A stretch of DNA of 53,014 nucleotides from Pseudomonadota bacterium (GCA_040387495.1 JAZKDQ010000008.1:62001-115014), one strand, 5' to 3'. Counted from the stretch's first letter, positions 28,412 through 38,424 are shown. A program made the numbers and translations. The notes: generated from the letters alone by a model not told the origin.

Positions 28412-29476
28412 ATGTTAGATCTTTCGAAAATTATGATTACACCGGAAATTCTATCGCTTATTAGCGAAATTGATGAATTTAAAGGTGCATGGCAACTTCA
28501 TGGGCGTATGGCGTCTGAACGCCTAAAAACGTTAGGCGTTGCGGCTAAAATTGAAAGTGTTGGTGCATCAATGCGTCTTGATGGGGCAAAATTAGCAGAT
28601 ACAGATGTTATGCGTTTGTTGTTCAATGCGGAATTGCATTCGTTAACAATAAAAGATCAGCGTGATGGTTTTTCTTATGCACGTGCATATGATGGCATTC
28701 TCCAAAAACATCACGCACTTTCATTTTCAGAAAATTGTTTAAAGCAAATATATGACTGGCTAATGTATTCAGATACTGAACAAGAGAGCTTAAAGAAAGA
28801 AAAAAATGTATCGAACCATGATGAGGTTTTTGATGCACCTTGGAAAGATCTGAATATTACGTTTGCTAAAACAAAACTTTTTGAAACGACAACGCCTTTT
28901 GAAATGCCAGAAAAACTAAAAGAGCTTTTCTTATGGACGCAAATGCAGCTTGATCAAAAAACACTTCACCCGTTATTGATTATTGGAATTTTTACTGCAC
29001 TGTTTTTAAATATGAGGCCTTTTCAGGAACTTGATGGTTGTTTGTCACGTGTTCTGACATTGTTTCTCCTATTAAAAGCTGGTTACATTTATGCCCCTTA
29101 TAGTTCGATCGAGCGTATCATTGAACGAAATAAAGAATATTACCAACTCGCACTAGAGAGAACCCAAGAAACCTTGCACGCAGATGCACCTGATTTTGAT
29201 ATATGGCTTACGTTCTTTTTAAAGGTAATGCAGAGTCAAAAACGAAACCTTGAACATAAAATTTTAAAAGATAAAAATCCCCAGGAGCATTTATCAGAAC
29301 TTGATAATCAGATTATAAATGCTATTAGCGAACATGAAAAATTAAGCATTATGAAGATTGAGCAAATCACAGGCGCTAATCGTAATACCCTTAAAAAGCA
29401 TTTGGCATTTTTGGTTGAACAATCATATATCGTACGTTTTGGAAAAGCCCGTGCGACATGGTATGTATTGTCATGA
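28412..29476 (+). CDS. Fic-family protein with C-terminal winged HTH and degenerate Fic motif
   Basis: ITPEILSLISEIDEFKGAW, LHPLLIIGIF, KAGY.Y.PYSS.E.IIE, GANRNTLKKHL...GKARATWY; the motif reads RPFQELDGCLSR instead of HPFxDGNGRxxR. Confidence 0.85.
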   Translation: MLDLSKIMITPEILSLISEIDEFKGAWQLHGRMASERLKTLGVAAKIESVGASMRLDGAKLADTDVMRLLFNAELHSLTIKDQRDGFSYARAYDGILQKHHALSFSENCLKQIYDWLMYSDTEQESLKKEKNVSNHDEVFDAPWKDLNITFAKTKLFETTTPFEMPEKLKELFLWTQMQLDQKTLHPLLIIGIFTALFLNMRPFQELDGCLSRVLTLFLLLKAGYIYAPYSSIERIIERNKEYYQLALERTQETLHADAPDFDIWLTFFLKVMQSQKRNLEHKILKDKNPQEHLSELDNQIINAISEHEKLSIMKIEQITGANRNTLKKHLAFLVEQSYIVRFGKARATWYVLS

Positions 29477-29496
29477 ATCAATTTGAGGCCTAAGCC

Positions 29497-30333
29497 ATGA
29501 ATGAGTTGGAATCAAATATCATTAACATCTATGGAGATCGGGGAAAAGTATGGCTCGATGACTTGCCTGAAATTATAAGAAAGTTAGAAGTAAAATGGGA
29601 TCTTTCTGATTTAACGCCTGTGCAAAATTTATCCTTTAATTATGTGTTAACGGGATTTCAAAATGAAAAGCCGATTGTTTTGAAAGTTGGGCTTGATGAG
29701 AATACCTTAATGCGTGAAGCAGCGGCTCTCACTGTGCTTAAAAATACGGGAGCTGTACAGATATTGGCACAAGATAAAGGAGTCATCTTGCTAGAACGTG
29801 TTGTTCCTGGCACGTCGTTGAAAGGATTTTTTCCAGATAATGATACCCAGGCCATCCGGATTGTATGTGGTGTGATGAGGCGTTTACATCAAGCATCCGT
29901 AACGCCTGTGCATAATTTTCCGCATATACGTGATTGGCTTTTGGTGCTGGATAAAAACTGGGATATGCCCACGCACTATCTTGAAAAAGCAAGAAAACTT
30001 CGTGATCGTTTGCTGCAAACGTCAGCAGAGCCTGTTTTGCTCCATGGTGATTTGCATCATGATAATATTTTGCGCCAAGGTAAAACAGATTGGGTTGTAA
30101 TTGATCCAAAAGGAGTAATTGGTTATCCCCTAAATGAAATTTGGGCTTTTATTATGGATATTGAACGTGACACAAAATTTGTAGCAGACTGTTTTTCTTT
30201 TGATGTGCAGGAAGTAAGAGATTGTTACTTTGTGCATGTTGTAATGGCTGCATGTTGGACGTTGGAAGATAACGGAGAGCCAGGATTGTTTATTGCATTG
30301 GCTGAAAAAGCGCATCAATTGCTGTCTAAATAA
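29497..30333 (+). CDS. APH(6)/hydroxyurea-resistance-type phosphotransferase
   Basis: LSFNYV, VLK, E..AL, LLER..PG, LLHGDLHHDNIL, IDPKG. Confidence 0.85.
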   Translation: MNELESNIINIYGDRGKVWLDDLPEIIRKLEVKWDLSDLTPVQNLSFNYVLTGFQNEKPIVLKVGLDENTLMREAAALTVLKNTGAVQILAQDKGVILLERVVPGTSLKGFFPDNDTQAIRIVCGVMRRLHQASVTPVHNFPHIRDWLLVLDKNWDMPTHYLEKARKLRDRLLQTSAEPVLLHGDLHHDNILRQGKTDWVVIDPKGVIGYPLNEIWAFIMDIERDTKFVADCFSFDVQEVRDCYFVHVVMAACWTLEDNGEPGLFIALAEKAHQLLSK

Positions 30334-30474
30334 AAATTGAAAATCTGAGAAGCCACCATTGCCCTTACCATGGATGAATTTTATCAATCATTGATTAAAG
30401 GGGAGTAAATTGACGCCATATCCAAGAGAGGCACTGAAACGTTTATTAAACGAAATTACAAATTGGTGAATGAC

Positions 30475-31122
30475 TTATTTTATTGCTAAAAAGTAATACC
30501 AATACCCTGTTTCACATTTTGGTTTGCTAGGCACTTTTGCTTCAGTATTTTTAAAAACTTGTATGATTTCATTTTTAGTGACATTTTTTGCCCAATAAAC
30601 ATTATCTTCTTTATCGTTCGTAAAATCTGAAAATATTACGTCTTTAAAACCTGATTTGATTAATTCAGCTTTGATTTTTGGTGAATCTTCAAAATTTCCA
30701 CGCAGTTTAGAAAGCAAAAGTCCATGATCTTTTATTAAACGTGATGCATATTTCCTAAGTTCATGGCTTACTTCAGAAACACAGTATTCATCGATAACAG
30801 TATCGAATTCTTTCTGTCCTAAATAATCATATGTTTCTTTTTTGGTTAAGTCTGCGACACAGTCAGGTTTTTCGTGAGTTCCAATATTAACGGTATACCA
30901 TTCATCATTGCTTTTATAATTATTTCTTTTCCAATAACTATAATTATCACCATTAGGATCCTTAAGATTATGACCGCTACACAAAAGAAGCTTATCCCCT
31001 TTATAGTCTTGAATTTGACGGGGCTGAACGGTTGGTGGAGTAGAGAATTCTGAACATCCACTAATCAGAAATAAGTTGCTTACAAGTACTGAAAGAAACT
31101 GATATCCTTTTAAAATTTTCAT
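30475..31122 (-). CDS. Predicted lipoprotein with SAM-methyltransferase-like motifs
   Basis: Lipobox LISGC after a hydrophobic stretch; LLLCSG, WYTVNI, PDCVADLT, FDTV..E, RLIKDHG. Confidence 0.55.
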   Translation of the reverse strand: MKILKGYQFLSVLVSNLFLISGCSEFSTPPTVQPRQIQDYKGDKLLLCSGHNLKDPNGDNYSYWKRNNYKSNDEWYTVNIGTHEKPDCVADLTKKETYDYLGQKEFDTVIDEYCVSEVSHELRKYASRLIKDHGLLLSKLRGNFEDSPKIKAELIKSGFKDVIFSDFTNDKEDNVYWAKNVTKNEIIQVFKNTEAKVPSKPKCETGYWYYFLAIK

Positions 31123-31175
31123 AAGAATTAAATATCCTGGCTATATTGGTTCCTTTAATTATAAAATGTATATTA

Positions 31176-31190
31176 TTAAATAATAGTTAA
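31176..31190. promoter_or_regulatory. TTAA-N7-TTAA (CtrA-type) site upstream of the lipoprotein gene
   Basis: ttaa-ataatag-ttaa; may be chance in AT-rich DNA. Confidence 0.25.
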
Positions 31191-31220
31191 TAAATATATT
31201 TATCACAATTTGATGCGCCA

Positions 31221-32558
31221 TTATTCAGGCAAGGCTTCAATTTTAGCTATATCAATTTCAGCAATGCCCAATGCTTCGGGAATCTGTTGGCTACGAATCT
31301 GTATATCAAGCGGAGCAATTTCAATTTCGTGTGATTCAAGGCCTGGATCAAGATCTTTAAATTTACGTGCTGATACCAAAACGCGGCGCTCGAACGTGCC
31401 AACGCTGTCATTATAGGCGCCAACAGATTGTGATAAGTGTTTTCCAACTTTACCAAGGTGAACTGAAAAGTCGGTGAGACGTTTATAAAAATCACGACCT
31501 AATTGCCAAATTTGTCGGGCATTTTCAGCAACGGCTTCTTGTTGCCAGCCATAGGATACAGCACGAAGTAGGGCGATTAACGTGGTTGGCGTTGCCATAA
31601 TTACACGTTCATGTACGCCGTATTCAATCAACGATGGGTCGGCTTCAAGTGCTGCGCTAAAGATTGATTCGCCTGGAATAAACATCACCACAAATTCTGG
31701 AGATTGGTCAAACTGTTCTGAATAATTACGCTGAGAAAGTATGCGGATGTGCGTGCGCACTTGCCGTGCGTGATCTTGCAATAGCTGTGCCTTTTTTTGT
31801 TCATCATGACACTCAAAGGCTTCTAAATACGCCATAAGCGGCGTCTTGGCATCGACAACAATCGTTTTGTTGCCAGGAAGACGGATGATTAGATCAGGTC
31901 GCAGGCGTCCTTCGGCCACCGTAACTTGTTCAATGAAGTCACAATGTGACAACATGCCAGCCATTTCCACCACACGCTTTAGCTGCATTTCACCCCATTG
32001 ACCACGGCCAGTGGGTGATCTGAGGGCTTTTACCAAATTCGATGTTTCAAGGCGCAATTCTTTTTGTGTGGCAATCAAATCAATCACTTGGCGGCGCATA
32101 TCCGTAAAAGCATGCGCACGTTCTTTTTCAAGATTTTCCATCTTTTTATCGACTTGTTCGAGCGATTTTTGCAACGGTTCAATCATCTTTGAGATATTCG
32201 TTTGCTTTTGATCCATTTCTGTTTTTGCGCGCTCGTGCAGGTCAGTAAACGTAGATTTTGCTAGGTTCAGAAAAGATTCGTTATTTGCAATAAGTGCTTT
32301 TTGCGACATTGATTCAAGCAAGGTTTGAAACTGTTGTTGAGATCGATGAAGAATTTCTTCTTTGCTTGTAATGTGTGCACGTTGAAACTCAATTTCGGCA
32401 TTAAGATGTGCGTTCTCGCGTACCATGGCCATAAACTTTCGGCGAAGGCTGATGTACGCAATTCCTGAGGTTAAAGCTACGGCTGCTAAAACACCAAGCG
32501 TTATATAAAGCGTTTCTGATCGAAGGATTTCGGTAAAAAAGGTTTCTGCTAATTTCAT
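31221..32558 (-). CDS. rmuC: DNA recombination protein RmuC
   Basis: N-terminal TM, coiled coil, RGQWGEMQL, RPD, VVDAK.P, FVVMFIPGE, ATPTTL. Confidence 0.95.
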   Translation of the reverse strand: MKLAETFFTEILRSETLYITLGVLAAVALTSGIAYISLRRKFMAMVRENAHLNAEIEFQRAHITSKEEILHRSQQQFQTLLESMSQKALIANNESFLNLAKSTFTDLHERAKTEMDQKQTNISKMIEPLQKSLEQVDKKMENLEKERAHAFTDMRRQVIDLIATQKELRLETSNLVKALRSPTGRGQWGEMQLKRVVEMAGMLSHCDFIEQVTVAEGRLRPDLIIRLPGNKTIVVDAKTPLMAYLEAFECHDEQKKAQLLQDHARQVRTHIRILSQRNYSEQFDQSPEFVVMFIPGESIFSAALEADPSLIEYGVHERVIMATPTTLIALLRAVSYGWQQEAVAENARQIWQLGRDFYKRLTDFSVHLGKVGKHLSQSVGAYNDSVGTFERRVLVSARKFKDLDPGLESHEIEIAPLDIQIRSQQIPEALGIAEIDIAKIEALPE

Positions 32559-32559
32559 T

Positions 32560-33447
32560 TTATGGCCACGCTGCAACAGGTGGAAGCGACATTAAAATAG
32601 CGTCAACATTGCCATTGGTCATTAAGCCAAAGCGTGTGCCCCGATCATAGAGTAAATTAAATTCTGCGTAACGACCACGTTTGACGAGTTGTTTGTATTT
32701 ATCTTCCATTGTCCACTCTTGGCGCATACGACGGCGAACAATCTGTGCATACACGTCGATAAATGCTTTGCCGACAGTCTTTATAAATTCAAAATCCGCA
32801 TCTAGATCACCGCTATTCACATAATCAAAAAAGATGCCGCCAACACCGCGCATTTCATTGCGATGTGGCAGATAAAAATACTCATCGCACCATAGTTTGT
32901 ATTTTGCATACGCATCTGAATTGTACGCATCACACGCATTACGAAGTGCATTGTGAAAATCTTTTGTGTCTTCATCAATAGGGAAGGTCGGCGTTAGGTC
33001 AGCACCACCGCCAAACCAACTTTTTGACGTTACGATATGGCGCGTATTCATGTGCACTGCTGGTACAAACGGATTAGTTGGGTGAATTACAAGTGAAATG
33101 CCGGACGCCCAAAAACGTGGATCTTGCTCAGCACCAGGAATTTCATGACAAAATTCTTTTGCAAATTCACCATAAACCGTTGAGACATTAACGCCTGCTT
33201 TTTCAAACACAGCTCCGCCTTCCATGATTCCCATAATCCCACCGCCACCTTTGTTGTCTGCTTGTGTTGGATCGCTTCGATCCCATGGTTTATAGGTAAA
33301 ACGACCCGGTAAATGCGTTGGATGCATGAATTCATTTTCTATTTCTTCAAGCGTTTTGCATATATGTGCTTGAAGTTCTGCAAACCAAATGGGTGCCGAT
33401 TCTTTACAATGTGCTGATGCTGTATTGTCTTTTTCTGTTGCATTCAT
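32560..33447 (-). CDS. hemF: Oxygen-dependent coproporphyrinogen III oxidase
   Basis: FEKAGVN.S.V.G, HMNTR, WFGGGADLTP, RGVGGIFFD, EFNLLYDRGT.FGL. Confidence 0.97.
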   Translation of the reverse strand: MNATEKDNTASAHCKESAPIWFAELQAHICKTLEEIENEFMHPTHLPGRFTYKPWDRSDPTQADNKGGGGIMGIMEGGAVFEKAGVNVSTVYGEFAKEFCHEIPGAEQDPRFWASGISLVIHPTNPFVPAVHMNTRHIVTSKSWFGGGADLTPTFPIDEDTKDFHNALRNACDAYNSDAYAKYKLWCDEYFYLPHRNEMRGVGGIFFDYVNSGDLDADFEFIKTVGKAFIDVYAQIVRRRMRQEWTMEDKYKQLVKRGRYAEFNLLYDRGTRFGLMTNGNVDAILMSLPPVAAWP

Positions 33448-33647
33448 GTGTAAGTTGACCAGAGCTTATTTTATCTACTAACACAATAAGGCTGATATGC
33501 ATTGATTGCAATGCTGACTGTCGTTGTGCGGGATTTCTAAAATGCACTAAACCGAGAATGGGAATAGAAGAATAAAGGTACCGCATATACCAATCACTAT
33601 TAGTAGTAGTGAGGTTTGTCTTTTGCATCTGTCAAATTAATTAAAAC

Positions 33648-33676
33648 TGCCAGCTTAAGGCCGTCCCAAGCTGGCA
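33648..33676 (-). terminator. Probable terminator for the 33694..34071 gene
   Basis: Perfect 9-bp stem tgccagctt / aagctggca with an 11-nt loop, followed by a T-rich run on the minus strand. Confidence 0.55.
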
Positions 33677-33693
33677 CTTCGTGGTGATGCTTT

Positions 33694-34071
33694 TTATATT
33701 TTTACTGCTTTACAGGTAGTACCAATTAAGTCATCTGTAAAAGTAATTCTATAATTTTGCAAAACGTTGAGCTTCTCACATTCACTTCCAGGTGTGAACA
33801 TGCTGGTGTCACCTTTTATAGAAAAAGAATTTATGCCTTTTATATTTGATAAATCTAACGAATAAGTGATTCGGCCTTTTGCAGGAATCTCCAACACATT
33901 ATCTTCAAGATAATTTTCCTGATTTTGACTGCCAATAATTTCATCAATAGCTCCAGTAATGGTTTCTCCTGCAGTTTTCCACAGGATTCTCCCTACAACA
34001 CTGCCCTCAGGTTTAATACGTACTTTTACAGGCTTTTCGTTTTCGTTTACCATCTCAATTTTGGTAGTCAT
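33694..34071 (-). CDS. Hypothetical beta-rich protein
   Basis: 125 aa ORF with AAGGA SD and a downstream hairpin; two Cys; no family recognised. Confidence 0.7.
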   Translation of the reverse strand: MTTKIEMVNENEKPVKVRIKPEGSVVGRILWKTAGETITGAIDEIIGSQNQENYLEDNVLEIPAKGRITYSLDLSNIKGINSFSIKGDTSMFTPGSECEKLNVLQNYRITFTDDLIGTTCKAVKI

Positions 34072-34259
34072 TATACAATCCTTTAATTTAAAGTTATAAT
34101 CGTATTGTATAGAAACACAAAATACAGAGCGAGGCGTATAAACGTCATATTTTCGTCTTGATGGAAAAGAAAAATGCTCTGCAGCATTTACAAAAGAGGA
34201 ATAAGCTTCTTCACCAAGTAATGCGCATTAAAATTCCTTACATCAGCTAAGAATAAAGC

Positions 34260-36221
34260 TTACAAAAAACTTAAGGGATCAACGTCAATATGAACTTGCA
34301 CAGCTGCGTGCATTTTTATTTCGGCCAACCAAACTTTTGTGAAACCCTGCAAGTTTTGCCGGCGATCACCTTTGATTAAAAAACGCATTCGATAACGTGA
34401 TCGTAATCGATACATCGGTGACGGAGCAGGGCCTAGCACGTCTATTTGCTCAGTCTGTGGGATGACACGTGCAAGCTGACGACATGTTTCCTGCAGAATA
34501 TCTTCTCGAAGCGATGACAATGTCACGGATATCAGTCTATAAAAAGGTGGCATACCTAAAAATTCACGCTCGAGCAATTCAGTTTCATAAAATGCATCGC
34601 GGTCATAGGCTTTTAACGCAGCATAAAGTGGGTGTTCCGGTTCTCGTGTTTGCAACATTACAACGCCTGGTTGCCGTGCCATACGGCCTGCACGTCCGCC
34701 AACTTGTGAGAGGAGTTGAAACGCTCGCTCTGCTGCACGTAGATCCATTTGATATAAACCACGATCAGCATCAAGAATCCCCACAAATGTTAAATTAGGG
34801 AAATGATGGCCTTTAGCAAGCACTTGCGTGCCAATAATGATATCAACCTCGCCAGATTCAATGCTATTAAACAAATCGTTTGATATCCTGGGTGTTGTAA
34901 GGGTATCGCTGGATATAATAGTAATGCGTGCATGGGGGAACAGTCGCTTTGCTTCCTCAGCTACTTTTTCAATACCAAACCCTACATCTTTAAGATTTGT
35001 CCCTTGGCATGCTGGGCAGTTTGTTGGGGAATCAGCTTGAAATCCACAATAATGGCAGATGATACTTTGACGATCACGGTGCCATGTTAAATCAATATGA
35101 CATCCTGGGCATTCGAAGCGATGACCGCAACCAAAACACGTCAGCAATGGCGAAAAGCCACGACGGTTAAGGAAGAGCAAGCTTTGCTCGCCTTTGGCAA
35201 GGCGTGCTTCTACTTCATCATAGATTGGTTTGCTTATAATATCTTTGGGGTATTCCTTTTTGTCAATGATATGCACCACTGGCATTTCAGCTGCCCCGTA
35301 GCGCTGCCCTAACGTTAAATGTTCGTATCGATTGTTTTTGATATTAGCAAAGGTTTCAAGTGACGGTGTGGCAGATGCCAAAATAATTGGAATGTTTTCT
35401 TCTTTTGCGCGCCAAATGGCCATGTCACGCGCATTATAACAACCTTGTTCATCTTGCTTATAAGATGCATCGTGCTCTTCGTCGATAACAATAAGACCTA
35501 AATTATTGATTGGTAAAAACAAGGCTGAGCGTGCGCCTAAGATAACGGCAGCCCCTTCATTTTGCACCTGTTTCCAAAGCTTCCTTTTTTTTGCGGGTGT
35601 CACCTCACTGTGCCAGATTAGTGGATAATCGCCAAAGGTCACCTTAAAACGATTAACGATGGCTTCGGTGAGTGCAATTTCGGGAAAAAGCACAAGCGCC
35701 TTTTTACCCATTTTAAGCACAGACTGAATCACAGCAAAATAGAGTTCGGTTTTCCCTGAACCTGTCACACCATCAAGGGCAAATGGTTTGAAATGATCAA
35801 GAGCGGCATGACAAGCCTCAAAGGCTCGCTGCTGATCTTCATTTAAGGTAAGTGTATCAAACATATATGTGGGGAAGGGCGGCAAGCTGTCATCTTTAGC
35901 AATGGCATCTAGTTTTGGCATAATACACATCTTTAAGATATGCCCTATAGGGATCATGGTATATTGCGAAACGTGCTCAACAAAGTTCATGAACGCTGAG
36001 TTGAACGTATAGGGGAGAGTAGCCGCAATAGATTTAAGTTCCCCTTTATATGCGGTATTTTCTTCAGTTTTGGCAATGACTCCGACAATCCGTTGATTTC
36101 GAAAGGGTATCTCAACAAGTTGCCCCAAAGGTAACCCAGGCTCTCCCAAATAGGTTAGCGGGAAATTGAGCGCGACAGTTGTAATTACTGTGTATGGGGC
36201 TAACGACGGGTTATCTGACAT
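34260..36221 (-). CDS. priA: Primosomal protein N'
   Basis: GVTGSGKT, PEIALT, GARSALF, DEEH, SATPS, four CxxC, GTQ..AKG.HF. Confidence 0.96.
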   Translation of the reverse strand: MSDNPSLAPYTVITTVALNFPLTYLGEPGLPLGQLVEIPFRNQRIVGVIAKTEENTAYKGELKSIAATLPYTFNSAFMNFVEHVSQYTMIPIGHILKMCIMPKLDAIAKDDSLPPFPTYMFDTLTLNEDQQRAFEACHAALDHFKPFALDGVTGSGKTELYFAVIQSVLKMGKKALVLFPEIALTEAIVNRFKVTFGDYPLIWHSEVTPAKKRKLWKQVQNEGAAVILGARSALFLPINNLGLIVIDEEHDASYKQDEQGCYNARDMAIWRAKEENIPIILASATPSLETFANIKNNRYEHLTLGQRYGAAEMPVVHIIDKKEYPKDIISKPIYDEVEARLAKGEQSLLFLNRRGFSPLLTCFGCGHRFECPGCHIDLTWHRDRQSIICHYCGFQADSPTNCPACQGTNLKDVGFGIEKVAEEAKRLFPHARITIISSDTLTTPRISNDLFNSIESGEVDIIIGTQVLAKGHHFPNLTFVGILDADRGLYQMDLRAAERAFQLLSQVGGRAGRMARQPGVVMLQTREPEHPLYAALKAYDRDAFYETELLEREFLGMPPFYRLISVTLSSLREDILQETCRQLARVIPQTEQIDVLGPAPSPMYRLRSRYRMRFLIKGDRRQNLQGFTKVWLAEIKMHAAVQVHIDVDPLSFL

Positions 36222-36407
36222 GAATGTGTGATTATGATGAGCTTATCTGCCAGTTTACACGAACTTGCAATTGATTCAAGGATGATAAATTGTGTATTGC
36301 CTATTGCCAAATGAATGAGTGCAATTAACTTTGATACTAAGAATGCGATTGTAAATATGGCTAGTTTCCTATATAGTCTGCAGATAGTTGAAGGGGAAAT
36401 GGAAGAA

Positions 36408-37286
36408 ATGACCACAGAAGTAAAAGGTATTATTTTAGCCATTCTTTCTGCCGTTCTGTACGGAAGTCTTCCTATAATTGGACTCCATATTACAGCAACT
36501 GGGTTATCTATTGAGGCAATGTTATTTTTTCGTTTCATGTTATCCTTTATTTTACTTGCATGCTTATTTCCATCATCTGTTTTTTCTATTAACAAAACAA
36601 TGCTGGTGCAATTCTTCTTCGCAATTTTAGGATATGTTGTCTCCTCATTTCTTTATTTTAAGAGCACAGAATATATAGATACAGGTCTTGCTATGACCGT
36701 ATTTTTTATTTACCCAATGATTTTGGCATTGATAAACTATGTTATATTAAAAGAAACGCTGCCACTTTCTCAAAAATTGGGCATGCTATTTGCTTTTATA
36801 GCATTGCTCTTTTTAACTGATTTTAAATTTCATTATAAGGGTGATATGTTCTTTGGCTTTATGCTTGGTATTGTTGGCGGTGCTGGCTATGCAGTGTATG
36901 TATTTTTAACGCGTGCAACTGGTTTAAAAGCAATTACATTGACTGCCTGGGTTTGCCTTGGTGCTGCTTTATTCTTTGCTGTCCAAAGCTTAGCAACAAA
37001 TACATTGTCTGCGCCTCCACTGACTGTTGTTTGGTATATGATTGCCTTGCCAATCATTTGTACTGTTTTACCAATTATCTTTTTTATTGAGGCTGTGAAT
37101 TTGATTGGCACGATCAAGACATCGCTCATTTCGATTTTAGAACCAGCAACAACACTTGCATTTGGAATGATATTCTTGGCCGAACAAATCACATGGATTC
37201 AGTCAATTGGCTTGGTATTTATGGTGATATCACTGTTCGTTATGGAAGGCGTTGATTTGCTGAAAAACAAGCGTGTAGAGACCTAA
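36408..37286 (+). CDS. DMT/EamA family transporter
   Basis: About 10 TMs, LFFRF, FIYP, SILEP; start could be 36399. Confidence 0.85.
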   Translation: MTTEVKGIILAILSAVLYGSLPIIGLHITATGLSIEAMLFFRFMLSFILLACLFPSSVFSINKTMLVQFFFAILGYVVSSFLYFKSTEYIDTGLAMTVFFIYPMILALINYVILKETLPLSQKLGMLFAFIALLFLTDFKFHYKGDMFFGFMLGIVGGAGYAVYVFLTRATGLKAITLTAWVCLGAALFFAVQSLATNTLSAPPLTVVWYMIALPIICTVLPIIFFIEAVNLIGTIKTSLISILEPATTLAFGMIFLAEQITWIQSIGLVFMVISLFVMEGVDLLKNKRVET

Positions 37287-37287
37287 T

Positions 37288-38424
37288 TCATTTGCTCTGA
37301 TGAATGTATCTTGATACACAGAGCATTGTTAGCGGTATAGCTATGGAAAAAGCAGATGCTAACGTTTTTATAGATGGTCCTGACGATAAGCTTGTTAATA
37401 AGCTATAAAGTGACCTTACGTTACTTATATGTTTTACGTGTTTTTGATCGTGGCGCTTGTCAAAAATTGGTTGATTATTCCTATTTTTGGGTGGAGAAAT
37501 GTTAGATACATCATGTTTATTTAGTATGTCAATAACTTTAGCAAGGGTATCGCACGCTGCATCTTGTATTTCTCGAAACTTACTTGCGTCTTCTCGATGT
37601 TGGATGATTTGTGACATCATATCTATATGTATTTTTCTATCGACCGGAATTAAATAAACGTTTTTATTTTCAAGTTCACTTAATGTTTGATACGTAGCAA
37701 GAGCCCCATCAAAGGGCAAAATATAGTCTTGTGGTGAATGAAGAATTATAATTGGAAATGTTCTCGGAATATTTTTTAGTATTTCTATTGTTTGTGTTCC
37801 ATTTATGTCAAACTCTGGGAATGTTGTTTTTTGTGCAAATAGTGGTATCACGTACTCGGAATATGCCACCTGACTACAAAGTCTGCCAGCTTCAATTAGG
37901 CCATAATGAAAATGGTTACTTGTATATGTATACATTGCACTAAAGCCAGATATCATTGCTGATTCTAAAATAAGTGCTTCAATTTTTGATGTTCGCTTCT
38001 CTTTTAATGCTAAGTTCTTATCTTCTAATTCTAAATCACTTATATATTTAAGTATCGATGCTGTTCCTTGCGAATATGCATGAACCATGAACTTAATATT
38101 GGACTGTTCAAAAAGTTCATCTAATTGTGCATGAAGCAGGTCCTGACAATTCTTTTGTCCAAAATCATCATCGATAGAAGAAAATTTAGAAAAAGGTGAT
38201 TTCGTTGCGTCTCCCGGCGTTTTAAGTCTAATTATTTCTTTGTAATGTTCAGGAATTGTTTGTGGTAACTTACCATCATTTTCTGTACCACCAAAATTAC
38301 CTTGTCCTGGAACGATAAGATAAATATAGCGTATTGAGGAAGGTGTGTTCTCTAGCGTTTCTTCGCAATAAGCAATTTTTAAAATAAAAAAAATTATAAT
38401 AAAAGAATGAAAAATATATTTCAT
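37288..38424 (-). CDS. Exported alpha/beta-hydrolase-fold protein
   Basis: Signal peptide (AYC/EE), VPG, AYSQG nucleophile elbow, LILES, ILHSPQD, candidate His in KIHID; C-terminal hydrophobic segment. Confidence 0.6.
   Translation of the reverse strand: MKYIFHSFIIIFFILKIAYCEETLENTPSSIRYIYLIVPGQGNFGGTENDGKLPQTIPEHYKEIIRLKTPGDATKSPFSKFSSIDDDFGQKNCQDLLHAQLDELFEQSNIKFMVHAYSQGTASILKYISDLELEDKNLALKEKRTSKIEALILESAMISGFSAMYTYTSNHFHYGLIEAGRLCSQVAYSEYVIPLFAQKTTFPEFDINGTQTIEILKNIPRTFPIIILHSPQDYILPFDGALATYQTLSELENKNVYLIPVDRKIHIDMMSQIIQHREDASKFREIQDAACDTLAKVIDILNKHDVSNISPPKNRNNQPIFDKRHDQKHVKHISNVRSLYSLLTSLSSGPSIKTLASAFSIAIPLTMLCVSRYIHQSK

Noticed and set aside
30334..30474. Possible gene remnants (EATIALTMDEFYQSLIKGE*, then LTPYPREALKRLLNEITNW* after a GGGGAG SD)
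   Set aside because: Too short to assign to a family without a search
33404..33628. 74-aa ORF upstream of hemF
   Set aside because: Overlaps the hemF start and likely promoter; no SD or motif support
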